Part shown: piece by piece, positions 18,988 through 27,995 of the stretch
How the letters are laid out: the number at the start of each line of letters is the position of its first letter
How positions within the stretch are numbered: the first letter of the stretch is position 1
Source of the DNA: a virus
DNA: 60,226 nucleotides
IMG/VR virus record: IMGVR_UViG_3300045988_163836
Direction: 5' to 3' (one strand)
Translations under genes and position numbers: made by a program
Notes under the pieces: generated by a model
Databases searched by the model: none
What the model saw: only the letters and a program-made list of their open reading frames with translations
Told to the model about the DNA's origin: nothing

Positions 18988-20310
18988 ATGAATGATTGGG
19001 AAGAGAATAAATGCAAATTTTATAGCAGGCTTCCTGGTAATAAATTAATTTATCAAAGCCATGCACCTATTACAATGTCTATTTCAGAAGATGATAAAAA
19101 AGCTGAATTAGATTGTTTTATTGACAACATTCGTTGGCGTTATGGCTTATTTGAATTAAGAGATTTTGTTGAAAATAATAGAAAAGATTTTTATAATAAT
19201 ATTTTAAGCGAAGATTATCCAATGAATAATGGAACTATCATTCCAAAAGGAATGAAAATAATTAAAGCATTTAAATATTTTGTAGAAGATAAGGAAATTC
19301 TTACTGAAATACAAGATAAAGCCAGTATGCTCATTCAGAATACAAAAATTAGTGGATATTTTTGTATGTCAGTTCATCCATTGGATTATCTTAGTTTAAG
19401 TGAAAATACGCATAACTGGCGGTCATGCCATGCACTTGATGGAGAATATCGGGCTGGTAATTTATCTTATATGGCAGATAATTGTACAATTATATGTTAT
19501 ATTAAGAGTGAACATGACGCAGTTTTACCTAGATTTCCAGATGATGTGCCATGGGTGGATAAGAAGTGGCGTATGCTTCTTCATGTGTCTGATGATGATA
19601 CTATGGTTATTTCAGGTCGGCATTATCCTTATGAAAGTAAAGGATTACAAGATTTTGCTCTTGAACTGTATGAAACATTTTTCGGGCAAGGATACCGTTT
19701 TACTGATTGGTGTCATGAAAAATATAATACATTTACAATAAATGATAAAATTTTTTCTAATGAAGTTCGTTTATTGCCTACGGGATACGTAATGACCCCA
19801 GATATTAAGGTTATTGTTGACCCAAAAAATCCTTTGCATTACAATGACCCTCTTCATTCTACTGTATATGACTATTGGTTTAGTATTGCTTATAGTGAAC
19901 CTTATTGGCATGAAGAAGGTATTCCACAAGATAAGTTAATTCTTCCAAGAACTCGTACCACTACTAAAGTTAATATAGGACATGATGTAAAATGCTGTAT
20001 TTGTGGTAAAAATGATTGTGTTTTAACAGATACAATGCTTTGTATTGATTGCGAACTTAAATATGGTACAGAAGAAACAGAAGATTTTACTTTCTGTAGA
20101 GAGTGCGGTAGACGTATTTATATTCCTGAAGCAATATCATTAGATGATGATGATGGTTATGTATGCCGTAGTTGCGGAGACAATTATTAGATATGTGATA
20201 ATTGTAATATGTATTATGATAAAAAAGATTTAATTTATGATGAAGAAAACAATGCTTACTATTGTGAAGCTTGTTATGATGAAATTTTATTTGATAGGGA
20301 GAATGAATAA
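18988..20310 (+). CDS. large paralog-family protein (HPLDY...SC motif, Cys-rich C-terminus)
   Basis: Motif SVHPLDYLSLSENTHNWRSCHALDGEYRAGNLSYMADN. A TAG at 20188 is read as Gln and extends the ORF to TAA 20308, which overlaps the next ATG. Confidence 0.55.
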
Positions 20311-20618
20311 TGGCAAAAGGTAGTATTGCTAAAGATGCTGTTGTAGAAAAAATTGCAGAAGCATTTGGTGAAGATTTCCTCGGATCTTATGATAAAAAGT
20401 ATTATGTGCGAGCTAAAGAAAATGGACAATATATTCAGATTGCAATTAGTTTAACTTGTCCGAAAACTCCTGTGGAAAATTTTGGTTCTATGGATTTTGG
20501 TAATAATGAACTTAATTTTGAAGATGGTGCAACAATTCAGTCTGTAAAGAAGGCTACAGAAATTAGTCCAGAAGAAGAAGAAAATTTAAAAGCTTTAATT
20601 GAAAAGCTTGGTTTATAA
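20310..20618 (+). CDS. hypothetical protein
   Basis: ORF with a terminator downstream. Confidence 0.5.
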   Translation: MAKGSIAKDAVVEKIAEAFGEDFLGSYDKKYYVRAKENGQYIQIAISLTCPKTPVENFGSMDFGNNELNFEDGATIQSVKKATEISPEEEENLKALIEKLGL

Positions 20619-20619
20619 G

Positions 20620-20655
20620 AGAAAGTCAAATTGACTTTCTCTTATTTTTATGTTA
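20620..20655 (+). terminator. rho-independent terminator
   Basis: GAGAAAGTCAAATTGACTTTCTC followed by TTATTTTTA. Confidence 0.6.
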
Positions 20656-20725
20656 TAATTATTTATATAGGGTATATTATATTAATTAAATAATTAAATT
20701 TCTTATATAAGAAAGGAATAAAAAT

Positions 20726-21007
20726 ATGAAGAAGATTATAATTCCTCAAGAAGAAGTAAATTATCTTTAGAAATTAAATTATGAAATTGAAGCTAGAAAA
20801 AATTTATGTCAATTTTTAATTAGACAAAATATTAGAAATAAAGCTTTTGATGATTATCATAATGAGTATATAGAATTATTTGCTGAATATGAATTAGCTA
20901 AATTAGAATTAGAAAATAATTATATCAAACCAGAAATTGGGAATCAAACTTGCAATTGGAATTTAGATTTTTATACAAATGAGGTAATTATTGATGTTAT
21001 TTCCTAA
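20726..21007 (+). CDS. hypothetical protein
   Basis: ATG 20726 follows aaaggaat. One in-frame TAG. The TAA stop overlaps the start of the next gene. Confidence 0.45.
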
Positions 21008-22334
21008 AATAAGCCACATTCCTGAAGAATTTTCTGATTTTATAGGTCGTTTATATCCTGAAGATTGTTTAAATTCTTAGTCCGTATTTACATTAACATT
21101 TTAGGTTACAGATGATTGTTGTTTAAATTGTACTTATTGTTATCAAGGGCATAAAGGTAAACATAAATTATCTTTTGAAACAGCTAAACAGATGATTGAT
21201 TAGATATTAACCAGAGATAATAAAATTATTGGTTATATTGATTCTTATAAAATACCAGGAGTAATAATAGAATTTATAGGTGGAGAGCCATTTTTAGAAA
21301 TTGAATTAATTGATTAGATTACTGATTATTTTATTAATAAAATGATTGAATTGCGGCATCCTTGGGCTACTAAATATAAAATTTCAATTAGTTCTAATGG
21401 TATTTTATATTTTGAACAAAAAGTACAAGAGTATATTAAAAAAAATAATGAAAATTTAAGTTTATCAATTTCTATTGATGGAAATAAAAAATTACATGAC
21501 GCTTGTAGAGTTTTCCCTGATGGTAGTGGTAGTTATGATAAAGCATTGTCTGCCGCATTACATTATAGTCATAATTATAATAAATGGATTGGGAGTAAAA
21601 TGACTATCTCTCCATTTAATATAGATTATTTATATGACGCTGTTTTAGAAATGATAAACAATGGTTATAGTCAAATCAATCTAAATTGTGTGTATGAAAA
21701 AGGTTGGGAACTTAACCATGCCACTACATTATATTATTAGTTAAAAAAAATTGCTGATTATTTATTAAATAATGATTTGTGGGATAAAGTTTATTTATCT
21801 ATTTTTTATATTAATGATGGAAGTAAAAATTTATCTAATGATAATTGGTGTGGCGGGAATGGTCGTATGTTAGCCTTAAATTGGAAAGGTAAATATTATC
21901 CATGTTTACGTTATATGGAAGATAGCATAAGTAATCAGCCAGAATATTATATTGGAGATATTTATTAGGGAATAGGCCAAGATAATTTAACCATCAATAG
22001 ATTAAAAGATTTATCTGAAATAACAGTTATTAGTCAATCTCCTCAAGAATGTTTAGATTGTGAAATTTCTGGAGGATGCTCTTGGTGTACAGCTTATAAT
22101 TATCAAGAAACAGGTAATGTTAATAAAAGAGTTACTTATATTTGTGATATGCATTATGCTACAGTTCTAGCTTCTTTATATTATTTAAATTCTATTTTAA
22201 AAAAAATAAACTCGAATAAACGATTTAAATTTAATGGAGATAGGGAAAAAGCATTAAAAATTATCTCTTAGGATGAATATAATATAATAAAGGAGACAAT
22301 GACAAATGAAAATAGGAACGACAATAACTTCTGA
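20994..22334 (+). CDS. radical SAM / SPASM-domain enzyme
   Basis: CxxxCxxC motif in TDDCCLNCTYCYQGH. Also GGEPFLE and a C-terminal Cys cluster CLDCEISGGCSWCTAYNY...YICDMHY. One frame is continuous through about 8 in-frame TAGs (Gln). It ends at TGA 22332 and overlaps the downstream Cys-rich gene by 29 nt. Confidence 0.7.
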
Positions 22335-22956
22335 TAGATTCAATGAATTAAAGAAAAAAATAAAGGCTGAATGTTTACGTCGTAAATATACCGGTAGTGT
22401 AAGTTCATATGGAGGGACTTCTTATGATTATACTACTTAGCCTGATAATGGAAAAGTTATTTCAAAAGAACACATAACAAAACTGGTAGAACCTATGGCG
22501 GCAATAAATATTGAAAATCAGAATGAAAATATAAATGTTATTAAAGATGATGATTTAAGTACATTAGAGGCAAAAATTACAGCTTATCAAGCTATGGGAT
22601 TAACTGATTCGAATACTGGATGTTCAGCTTATTGCACTGGATTATGTTCTACCAGTTGTAGCGAAAGTTGTGGAGTACAATGTTAGGGAACTTGTTTAGG
22701 TAGTTGTAAGAATACTTGCCAAGGAGGTTGTCAAAACACTTGCAGAGGCGGATGTCGAAGCAGTTGTAGTGGTAGCTGTAGCGGATGTAGTGGTTCTTGC
22801 TCAGGTGGATGCTATACAGGATGTAGTGGATGCAGTGGTAGCTGTACAAGACATTGTGCTAACGATTGTACTGGATTGTGTGGAGGAAGTTGTTCAGGTT
22901 TATGTAAAAGCTGTACTGGCACATGTAGTGGCACAGGTAGAAATGAACCATTATAA
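22306..22956 (+). CDS. Cys-rich repeat protein, a possible substrate of the adjacent radical SAM enzyme
   Basis: 216 aa. The N-terminal roughly 120 aa are ordinary. The C-terminal roughly 95 aa read ...CSAYCTGLCSTSCSESCGVQCQGTCLGSCKNTCQGGCQNTCRGGCRSSCSGSCSGCSGSCSGGCYTGCSGCSGSCTRHCANDCTGLCGGSCSGLCKSCTGTCSGTG. There are 2 in-frame TAGs. Confidence 0.55.
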
Positions 22957-23002
22957 TTTAAAAATATTTATCGAAAATACATATAACTGTAAGATATATT
23001 AT

Positions 23003-23644
23003 ATGTATCTTATACAAGATAATATTTTATTTTGTATAAGTAATTATAAGAATATAAATTTTCAAAAATATAATATGGATATTTAGATTTTATCTGTTTA
23101 TGAATATTTATGTCAAAAATATATTTTACATAAGGATATATTAAAACAATATAAAGGTATAGAATTATATAAAATTATGGAAATTCAAGATAAAATTTTT
23201 ATTAATAGATATAAATTATTATTGTAGATTATTAATAATAATTATAATTTTGATAATTAGTTAATATATACTGATTTTAATAATTTTAATTTTGAACAAA
23301 ATATTAGTTATATAAATTATTGTTTAAAATTGCTATTTAATAATTTTAAAAAAATAGATAAACAATTTTGGAAAATTTTAGATTAGATTTATTTTTTAAT
23401 TAATGGTAAAACTAATTTATTTTTATTGTTGGGAAATTTTTATTTGAATAAAAGTAATTTATAGCAATTTACTGAAGAAATAAAAAAAATTCCTGGAATT
23501 AAAGAATAGCTCTCTTTTAGTTATACAGCTTTAAATTTAGCTATTGAAATTGATAAAGTTGCAGAAAATAAAAATTATCTTAATGAATTAATTGAAATTA
23601 TTGATAATCATTCACAAGAAAAAATTTATAAATTTGATATTTAA
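23003..23644 (+). CDS. hypothetical protein, very AT-rich, with 6 in-frame TAG codons
   Basis: A continuous frame runs from ATG 23003, or from ATG 23075, to TAA 23642 when TAG is read as Gln. A standard-code ORF caller breaks it into short pieces. The start is uncertain. Confidence 0.4.
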
Positions 23645-24078
23645 TAAAAATTAATATATAATATATATACAAAATAAAGAAAATAAAGACTTTAACAGCA
23701 AAAAATGGACAGTAAATCCGTCGCAAATGCTACGCAGGTTCGAATCCTGCCCTCCCCACCATTATATGGCGGAGGTAGGGAAGCGGTTAAACCCAGCGGA
23801 ACCAAATCAAATAAGTCTTGTTTGAATAAAATAATTATTTGATTTTTAATAAAAAATATTATATAATATTTATATAAAAAGAGAAAGGCTTTTACAGCAA
23901 CTTAAACTTTTTTCCGTGGTCGAATAACTGGATAATTCATCAGAGTTAATTCTGAAAATAAGGATTCGAATTCCTTCCTTGGAGCCAAGTATAAAAAGTC
24001 TTGGGTAAATTTCTTAATTTGAAAAAATTAAAAAAATATAATATAATATATAAGTAATCAATAAGAAATTAAATAAAT

Positions 24079-24226
24079 GGGGTCGTGGCCAAGCGGTAAG
24101 GCCGGCAACTTATCCAAGATTAGTTTAAATGGTAAAATAGTCTATGCGCAAGAAAGATGTGAGTTCAAACCTAACATTTTGGGCCAAATTGCCAAATCGT
24201 TGGTTCGAATCCAACCGGCCCCACCA
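24079..24226 (+). tRNA. tRNA with a 73-nt insertion in the anticodon loop
   Basis: Acceptor GGGGTCG/CGGCCCC with A73 and CCA. D-arm GCCAAGCGGTAAGGC. Anticodon stem GGCAA (24104-08) pairs with TTGCC (24189-93). T-arm GTTGG-TTCGAAT-CCAAC. The loop is split as 5' CTTAT... and ...GCCAAA 3'. The insertion ends pair as CCAAGA/TTTTGG. The mature anticodon is ambiguous (UCA, CCA or other). Confidence 0.6.
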
Positions 24227-24252
24227 TATTCCAATAGAAAGGAATCAAAATA

Positions 24253-24492
24253 ATGAAGTTGACAAATATTAAGTAGGTTGAAGATTTTATCGCAGCAGTT
24301 AATCGGGCACATAGTAATGTATGGCTGGTTAGTCCGCAGGGTGATAGATATAATATGAAATCTGCACTTTCACAGTATATTGCACTTGGTGCATTGCTCG
24401 GCCAGCATGGTGATGAATTGGAACTTTTCTGTGATAGTAAGCAGGATGAAGGCTTGTTTATTGAATTTTTTGTTCGTCATCCTGAAGTTTAA
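24253..24492 (+). CDS. hypothetical small protein
   Basis: ATG 24253, one in-frame TAG, TAA stop. Lies between tRNAs. Confidence 0.4.
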
Positions 24493-24561
24493 TTGAAAAA
24501 TTAAAAAAAATATTATAAAATATATATACAAAATAAATGAGAAATAAATTCTCATTTGTAT

Positions 24562-24638
24562 GGGACAGTAGCTTACGAGGTCGGAGCATTGGTCTGAAAA
24601 ACCAAAGGATGGAGGTTCGATACCTCTCTGTCCCACCA
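24562..24638 (+). tRNA. tRNA-Phe (GAA)
   Basis: Acceptor GGGACAG/CTGTCCC. Anticodon arm TTGGT-CTGAAAA-ACCAA. T-arm GGAGG-TTCGATA-CCTCT. A73 and CCA are encoded. Confidence 0.75.
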
Positions 24639-24891
24639 ATTGGTCTTATACATGGGGTTTCCGATTTGAACTAGGTAGATTAGTCACCTACCGTTGGCAA
24701 TAGACCAATTAAAAATAAACTGAGGCAAAGGGAAATCGGGTTTTAATATATATAGCTATAAAGAAATTTTATAGTTAGCTATGATGAACTTCATAGTAAA
24801 ATCCTCTTGTAATCAAGCTAATTGGGAGAGGGGTAGCGCGGGAACGGGGAGAAGCGCGCTATAAAAGGTGAAATACTTCTTTCCACCATAT

Positions 24892-24967
24892 GCCGGTGTA
24901 GCCGAATGGCATAGGCGAATGATTTAGGATCATTAATCTGAAGGTTCGAGTCCTTTCACCGGTACCA
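24892..24967 (+). tRNA. tRNA with anticodon UAG (formally reads CUA, Leu) but a short, class-I variable loop
   Basis: Acceptor GCCGGTG/CACCGGT. D-arm GCC-GAATGGCATA-GGC. Anticodon arm AATGA-TTTAGGA-TCATT. Variable loop AATCT. T-arm GAAGG-TTCGAGT-CCTTT. A73 and CCA. Confidence 0.6.
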
Positions 24968-25051
24968 ATAGTGAAGTAGTAGCTATACTCACTATAATCA
25001 AGGCTCGGTGGTTGGTGGCTCCATCGTTATGTAAATAAGCCATATGTATAT

Positions 25052-25122
25052 TACTTCTTGGTGTAATGGAAGCATGCTGCCTGAAAGAGGCGGAGGTATT
25101 GGTTCAATTCCAATAGAAGGAT
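25052..25122 (+). tRNA. tRNA-like gene with a non-canonical anticodon loop (UGAAAGA)
   Basis: T-arm ATTGG-TTCAATT-CCAAT. Acceptor TACTTCT/AGAAGGA with one mismatch. Anticodon stem CTGCC/GGCGG. The loop has G at position 33. Possibly a degenerate Phe-type tRNA. Confidence 0.3.
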
Positions 25123-25575
25123 TAATTAAAGCTGGGAAATAATAGTCGCCCATAACTAATTATTTAATATAGGACTATTATTAAAGGTTATTTAAGTTAA
25201 AGAAATGCGGTTGAAGTTATTACTTACTTGATTATAAAATAACATGACCGCAAGACGAGTTTATAGTGTGCGTCTATAAATGATCTGCCTATATGTTATC
25301 TTTTTATACTTTCTCTTTGGTTGTTTCTTGACATATAAGTAAAAACGGAAAGGGAGTTAAAGGTTCAGCTAAAAAACTGGTTTGTTTTTTGATAAGGTTT
25401 TAAAAATTAGGTGACAAAATCTTATTTGAGTGACGCTGCTCAGGAGGGTCCGGAACCTCTGAAATGCGATATGCGGTTGTAGCTCAGTCGAAAAAAATAA
25501 ATTTGGACGAAGTGAGCTAATTAATTACTTTTATTTCCTAAATATAATAGAATAAAATAGAAAGAAGGTAATTAA

Positions 25576-26139
25576 TTGCCAAAAGCCTTAGATTTAACGA
25601 ATAAAGTATTTGGAAATTTAAAATGTATTTAGAAAGCTCCTACTAGAAATAAAAAGACTTATTGGGAATGTGAATGTTTATTATGCGGAACTCATAAAAT
25701 TATTTAGACTTGTCATTTAACAGATGGTAGAACTACAAGTTGCGGGTAGCATAATGAAAATAATCTTTTTAATATTAGCAAAGAAAAGCAATGCTTAATT
25801 TGTGGAGAAAAGTTTATAACTAATAATCCTAAAAGAAAATATTGTTTTAATTGTTCTCCAGACAATATATCAGCAGCTGACCGATTAAGACATATCAAAA
25901 GAATTATTAAACATAAATTAATAGTATATAAAGGCGGAAAATGTGAAATTTGTGGTTATGATAAATGTGAAGGAGCTTTATAGTTTCATCATTTAAATCC
26001 GCAAGAAAAAGAATTTACAATTTCTCAAGTAAATTTAAATGAAGGTGAATTTTCTTTTGAAAATTTATTAAAAGAAGTTGATAAATGTTAGTTATTATGT
26101 GCTAATTGTCATGCTGAACAACATTATAAAATTGAATGA
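25576..26139 (+). CDS. HNH homing endonuclease
   Basis: TTG start right after an in-frame TAA. The N-terminal module LTNKVFGNLKCIQ...WECECLLCG...TSCGQ matches the repeats of the 7750 gene. HNH motif CEICGYDKCEGALQFHHLNP...N...LLCANCHAEQH. There are 5 in-frame TAGs, each codon checked against the 60-nt line boundaries. TGA 26137 overlaps the tRNA-Lys 5' end. Confidence 0.7.
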
Positions 26140-26212
26140 TGGTGTGGCCTAGTGGTAAGGCACCTGCCTTTTAAGCAGGGTACCGAGGGTTCAAATCCCT
26201 CCACCATCACCA
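26138..26212 (+). tRNA. tRNA-Lys (UUU)
   Basis: Acceptor GATGGTG/CACCATC. D-arm GCC-TAGTGGTAA-GGC. Anticodon arm CCTGC-CTTTTAA-GCAGG. T-arm GAGGG-TTCAAAT-CCCTC. A73 and CCA. Confidence 0.75.
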
Positions 26213-26780
26213 GGTCAAGTTTGAGAAATTTCATAAAGCATCGCTGACGTTAAATGGCACTTATATGAAAACGCGTAAGTAATATAAGATAGCAAAATTC
26301 TCGTAGTTCATCCTATTAGAGAATCTTAAAGAGTAATGGCAAGATCATATTGCGGGAGACCGTGCGTATGAGATACCAATAAAGGTAGCACATCTTGTGT
26401 TGAACAAGATAAAAGATGGAAAGGATACCTGCCATGTTTGGACAGCAAAAGAAGGCGTTGAATGTAATCGAAAAACATTCCGTTGGTTCTTAGGGGAGCG
26501 ACGTAACAGTGAAACCCGAGGTTTGAGTTACCTTGTCCAAACGCTATGTATAGTCAAAGTCTAGGCAACAAGGCTTTAATTAGAGTTAAAATTGTTTTAA
26601 TTAAACTCATACTTGTGGAAATCAAGCAGATCCACTTTACTGGGCCTACTGTAAAAGCCAGTTTGATATAGCCTCCATACCCAATGAGGAATTTTTATAA
26701 AAGTCTATTTAATTTTTCTTGGCAGTTTAATTAAGTAGACTATATGCGGGATTAGCTCAGCTGGTTAGAGCGTTTGGTTT

Positions 26781-27260
26781 ACTCGGCAAACTCTTTTAAT
26801 TTCTATTTTATGACACGAAATTCTAAAGAAGTCGGTAATTTAGCAGAATTACAATGTATTACTGGTCTTTATGAACTGGGATGTGATATTTCATTTCCTT
26901 TTGGAAATAGTCAAAAGTATGATTTAATTATGGATTATAAAGGTAAACTTTATAAAGTTCAAGTTAAACATGCTAAAGATGAATATACATTAGGAGAAAT
27001 TACACATTTTTCTTTTGCTACGAGATGGCAAAGTCATAATACGACTGGTTATAAAAAAACTCCATACACAAAAAATGATATTGATTTTTTCGCTACTTAT
27101 CACCAAGGAAAAGTTTATTTAATTCCTGTTGAAGAATGTAGCGGAGCTACTAAATCTATTCGTTATACCCCCCCTAAAAATGGACAACGAATTGGTATTA
27201 ATTTTGCTCAAGATTATTTGGCGGAGGAGGTGTTGAAGAAATTGTAAGAGCATTGCTAAG
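26781..27260 (+). other. intervening sequence in a tRNA anticodon loop (not group I), carrying a PD-(D/E)XK ORF
   Basis: About 480 nt, almost all of it ORF 26810..27247. This is too short for a group I core. Its termini form a helix stacked on the anticodon stem. Confidence 0.5.
26810..27247 (+). CDS. PD-(D/E)XK-fold nuclease-like protein encoded in a tRNA insertion (paralog 1 of 3)
   Basis: MTRNSKEVGNLAELQCITGLYELGCDISFPFGNSQKYDLIMDYKGKLYKVQVKHA has the motif D-x(n)-(D/E)-x-K. It aligns along its full length with the ORFs at 56076..56519 and 57052..57477. Confidence 0.6.
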   Translation: MTRNSKEVGNLAELQCITGLYELGCDISFPFGNSQKYDLIMDYKGKLYKVQVKHAKDEYTLGEITHFSFATRWQSHNTTGYKKTPYTKNDIDFFATYHQGKVYLIPVEECSGATKSIRYTPPKNGQRIGINFAQDYLAEEVLKKL

Positions 27261-27307
27261 TAATCCAAGAGGTCATTGGTTCGAATCCAATATCCTGCAC
27301 CAATAAA

Positions 27308-27347
27308 TTTGAAAATTTAAAAAAAATATTATATAATATATATATAA
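27308..27347 (+). promoter_or_regulatory. phage promoter consensus copy
   Basis: TTGAAAATTTAAAAAAAATATTATATAATATATATATAAT, followed by an RBS and ATG 27368. Confidence 0.5.
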
Positions 27348-27367
27348 TAATAAAGGAGATATTTGAA

Positions 27368-27535
27368 ATGGCAACTACTAAAAAACCTGCAATTAAAATG
27401 GATAATACAGAGTTGAACGAGTATCTTCTGTTTCGTCGTCGTAGATCTATTGTGCCTGCCAAGAAAGGTAAGGGTATGGAATATGATAGGGCGAAAGAAA
27501 AAGAGAAATCTGAAAAAATGATTTCTGATGAATAA
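27368..27535 (+). CDS. small basic protein (55 aa)
   Basis: RBS aaaggaga lies upstream. Lys/Arg-rich. The TAA stop abuts tRNA-Glu. Confidence 0.35.
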   Translation: MATTKKPAIKMDNTELNEYLLFRRRRSIVPAKKGKGMEYDRAKEKEKSEKMISDE

Positions 27536-27537
27536 AT

Positions 27538-27614
27538 CGGCGCATAGACAAATAGGTATAGTCACTACCCTTTCAAGGTAGAATGTAGGGGTTCGATCCC
27601 CCTTGCGCTGACCA
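27538..27614 (+). tRNA. tRNA-Glu (UUC)
   Basis: Acceptor CGGCGCA/TGCGCTG with one G.U pair. Anticodon arm CTACC-CTTTCAA-GGTAG. T-arm AGGGG-TTCGATC-CCCCT. A73 and CCA. Confidence 0.65.
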
Positions 27615-27619
27615 TTTAT

Positions 27620-27695
27620 GGTGCTGTAGTTTAGTTGGAAGAATGCCAGCCTGTCACGCTGGAGGTCATGGGGTCAGGACCCATCAGCATCGCCA
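27620..27695 (+). tRNA. tRNA-Asp (GUC)
   Basis: Acceptor GGTGCTG/CAGCATC with one G.U pair. Anticodon arm CCAGC-CTGTCAC-GCTGG. G73 and CCA. The T-loop GTCAGGA is atypical. Confidence 0.55.
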
Positions 27696-27726
27696 TTCGC
27701 TTTCCCGATATAAGCGATTTTGAAAC

Positions 27727-27787
27727 ATAGAACTTGATAGAGCGTTCTATTAATCTGATTAGATTAAGTTTTATAACTATCATATTT
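27727..27787 (+). repeat. 65-70-nt repeat directly upstream of a tRNA (copy 1)
   Basis: catagaacttgatagagcgttctattaatctgat...tagattaagttttataactatcatatttgg is about 90% identical to 28815..28882. It contains the hairpin ATAGAAC...GTTCTAT. Confidence 0.5.
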
Positions 27788-27863
27788 GGGGCACGGGACT
27801 GCATGGAGTGGTCGTCTCCCTTGCAAGGAGAAAAGCAGATGAGTTCGATTCTCATGTGTTCCA
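27788..27863 (+). tRNA. tRNA-Ala (UGC)
   Basis: Acceptor GGGGCAC/GTGTTCC with two G.U pairs. D-stem GACT/GGTC. Anticodon arm TCTCC-CTTGCAA-GGAGA. T-arm ATGAG-TTCGATT-CTCAT. A73. No CCA is encoded. Confidence 0.55.
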
Positions 27864-27995
27864 GTCATCTAATATTCACAACCGCCACGAGGTAGATGAT
27901 GGGTAATGCTAATAGTGGATAAAACGAAAATCGGGCAAAGCAAGTTAAACTCCTTAAAGTTTTTATCAAATATAGTAGAAAAGGAGTTGAATTAA

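Larger units (their letters stand above)
26746..27302 (+). tRNA. tRNA split by a 480-nt ORF-containing insertion in the anticodon loop
   Basis: 5' part GCGGGAT-TA-GCTC-AGCTGGTTA-GAGC-G-TTTGG-TTT... 3' part ...TAAT-CCAAG-AGGTC-ATTGG-TTCGAAT-CCAAT-ATCCTGC-A-CCA. The acceptor has one G.U pair. The insertion ends ACTCGGCAA / TTGCTAAGT pair next to the anticodon stem. The mature anticodon is ambiguous (UUA, GUA or UAA). Class-I variable loop. Confidence 0.55.

Noticed and set aside
22680-22940. Possible CRISPR or tandem-repeat array in the tgtagtgg / agctgtag-rich region
   Set aside because: The periodicity is short, 9-15 nt. It corresponds to the CxxxC codon repeats of the Cys-rich protein. There are no spacer-repeat units of CRISPR size.
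24370-24639. Minus-strand ORFs overlapping tRNA genes and the tRNA island (24370..24639, 25713..25898, 27256..27462, 27329..27565, 27631..27855, 54553..54759) and + ORF 31003..31227 overlapping tRNA-Ser
   Set aside because: They lie antisense to or across well-formed tRNA cloverleafs. They have no RBS. Every confident gene in the window is on the + strand. They were treated as spurious.
25052-25122. Calling every tRNA-like fold a functional tRNA
   Set aside because: 25052..25122 and 28883..28956 have non-canonical anticodon loops. They are reported with low confidence and may be degenerate.
26781-27260. Interpreting the three ORF-containing tRNA insertions as group I introns like the tRNA-Leu one
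   Set aside because: The inserts are 440-480 nt and almost fully occupied by the ORF. No room is left for a group I catalytic core. The terminal pairing pattern differs. They are kept as a distinct class.
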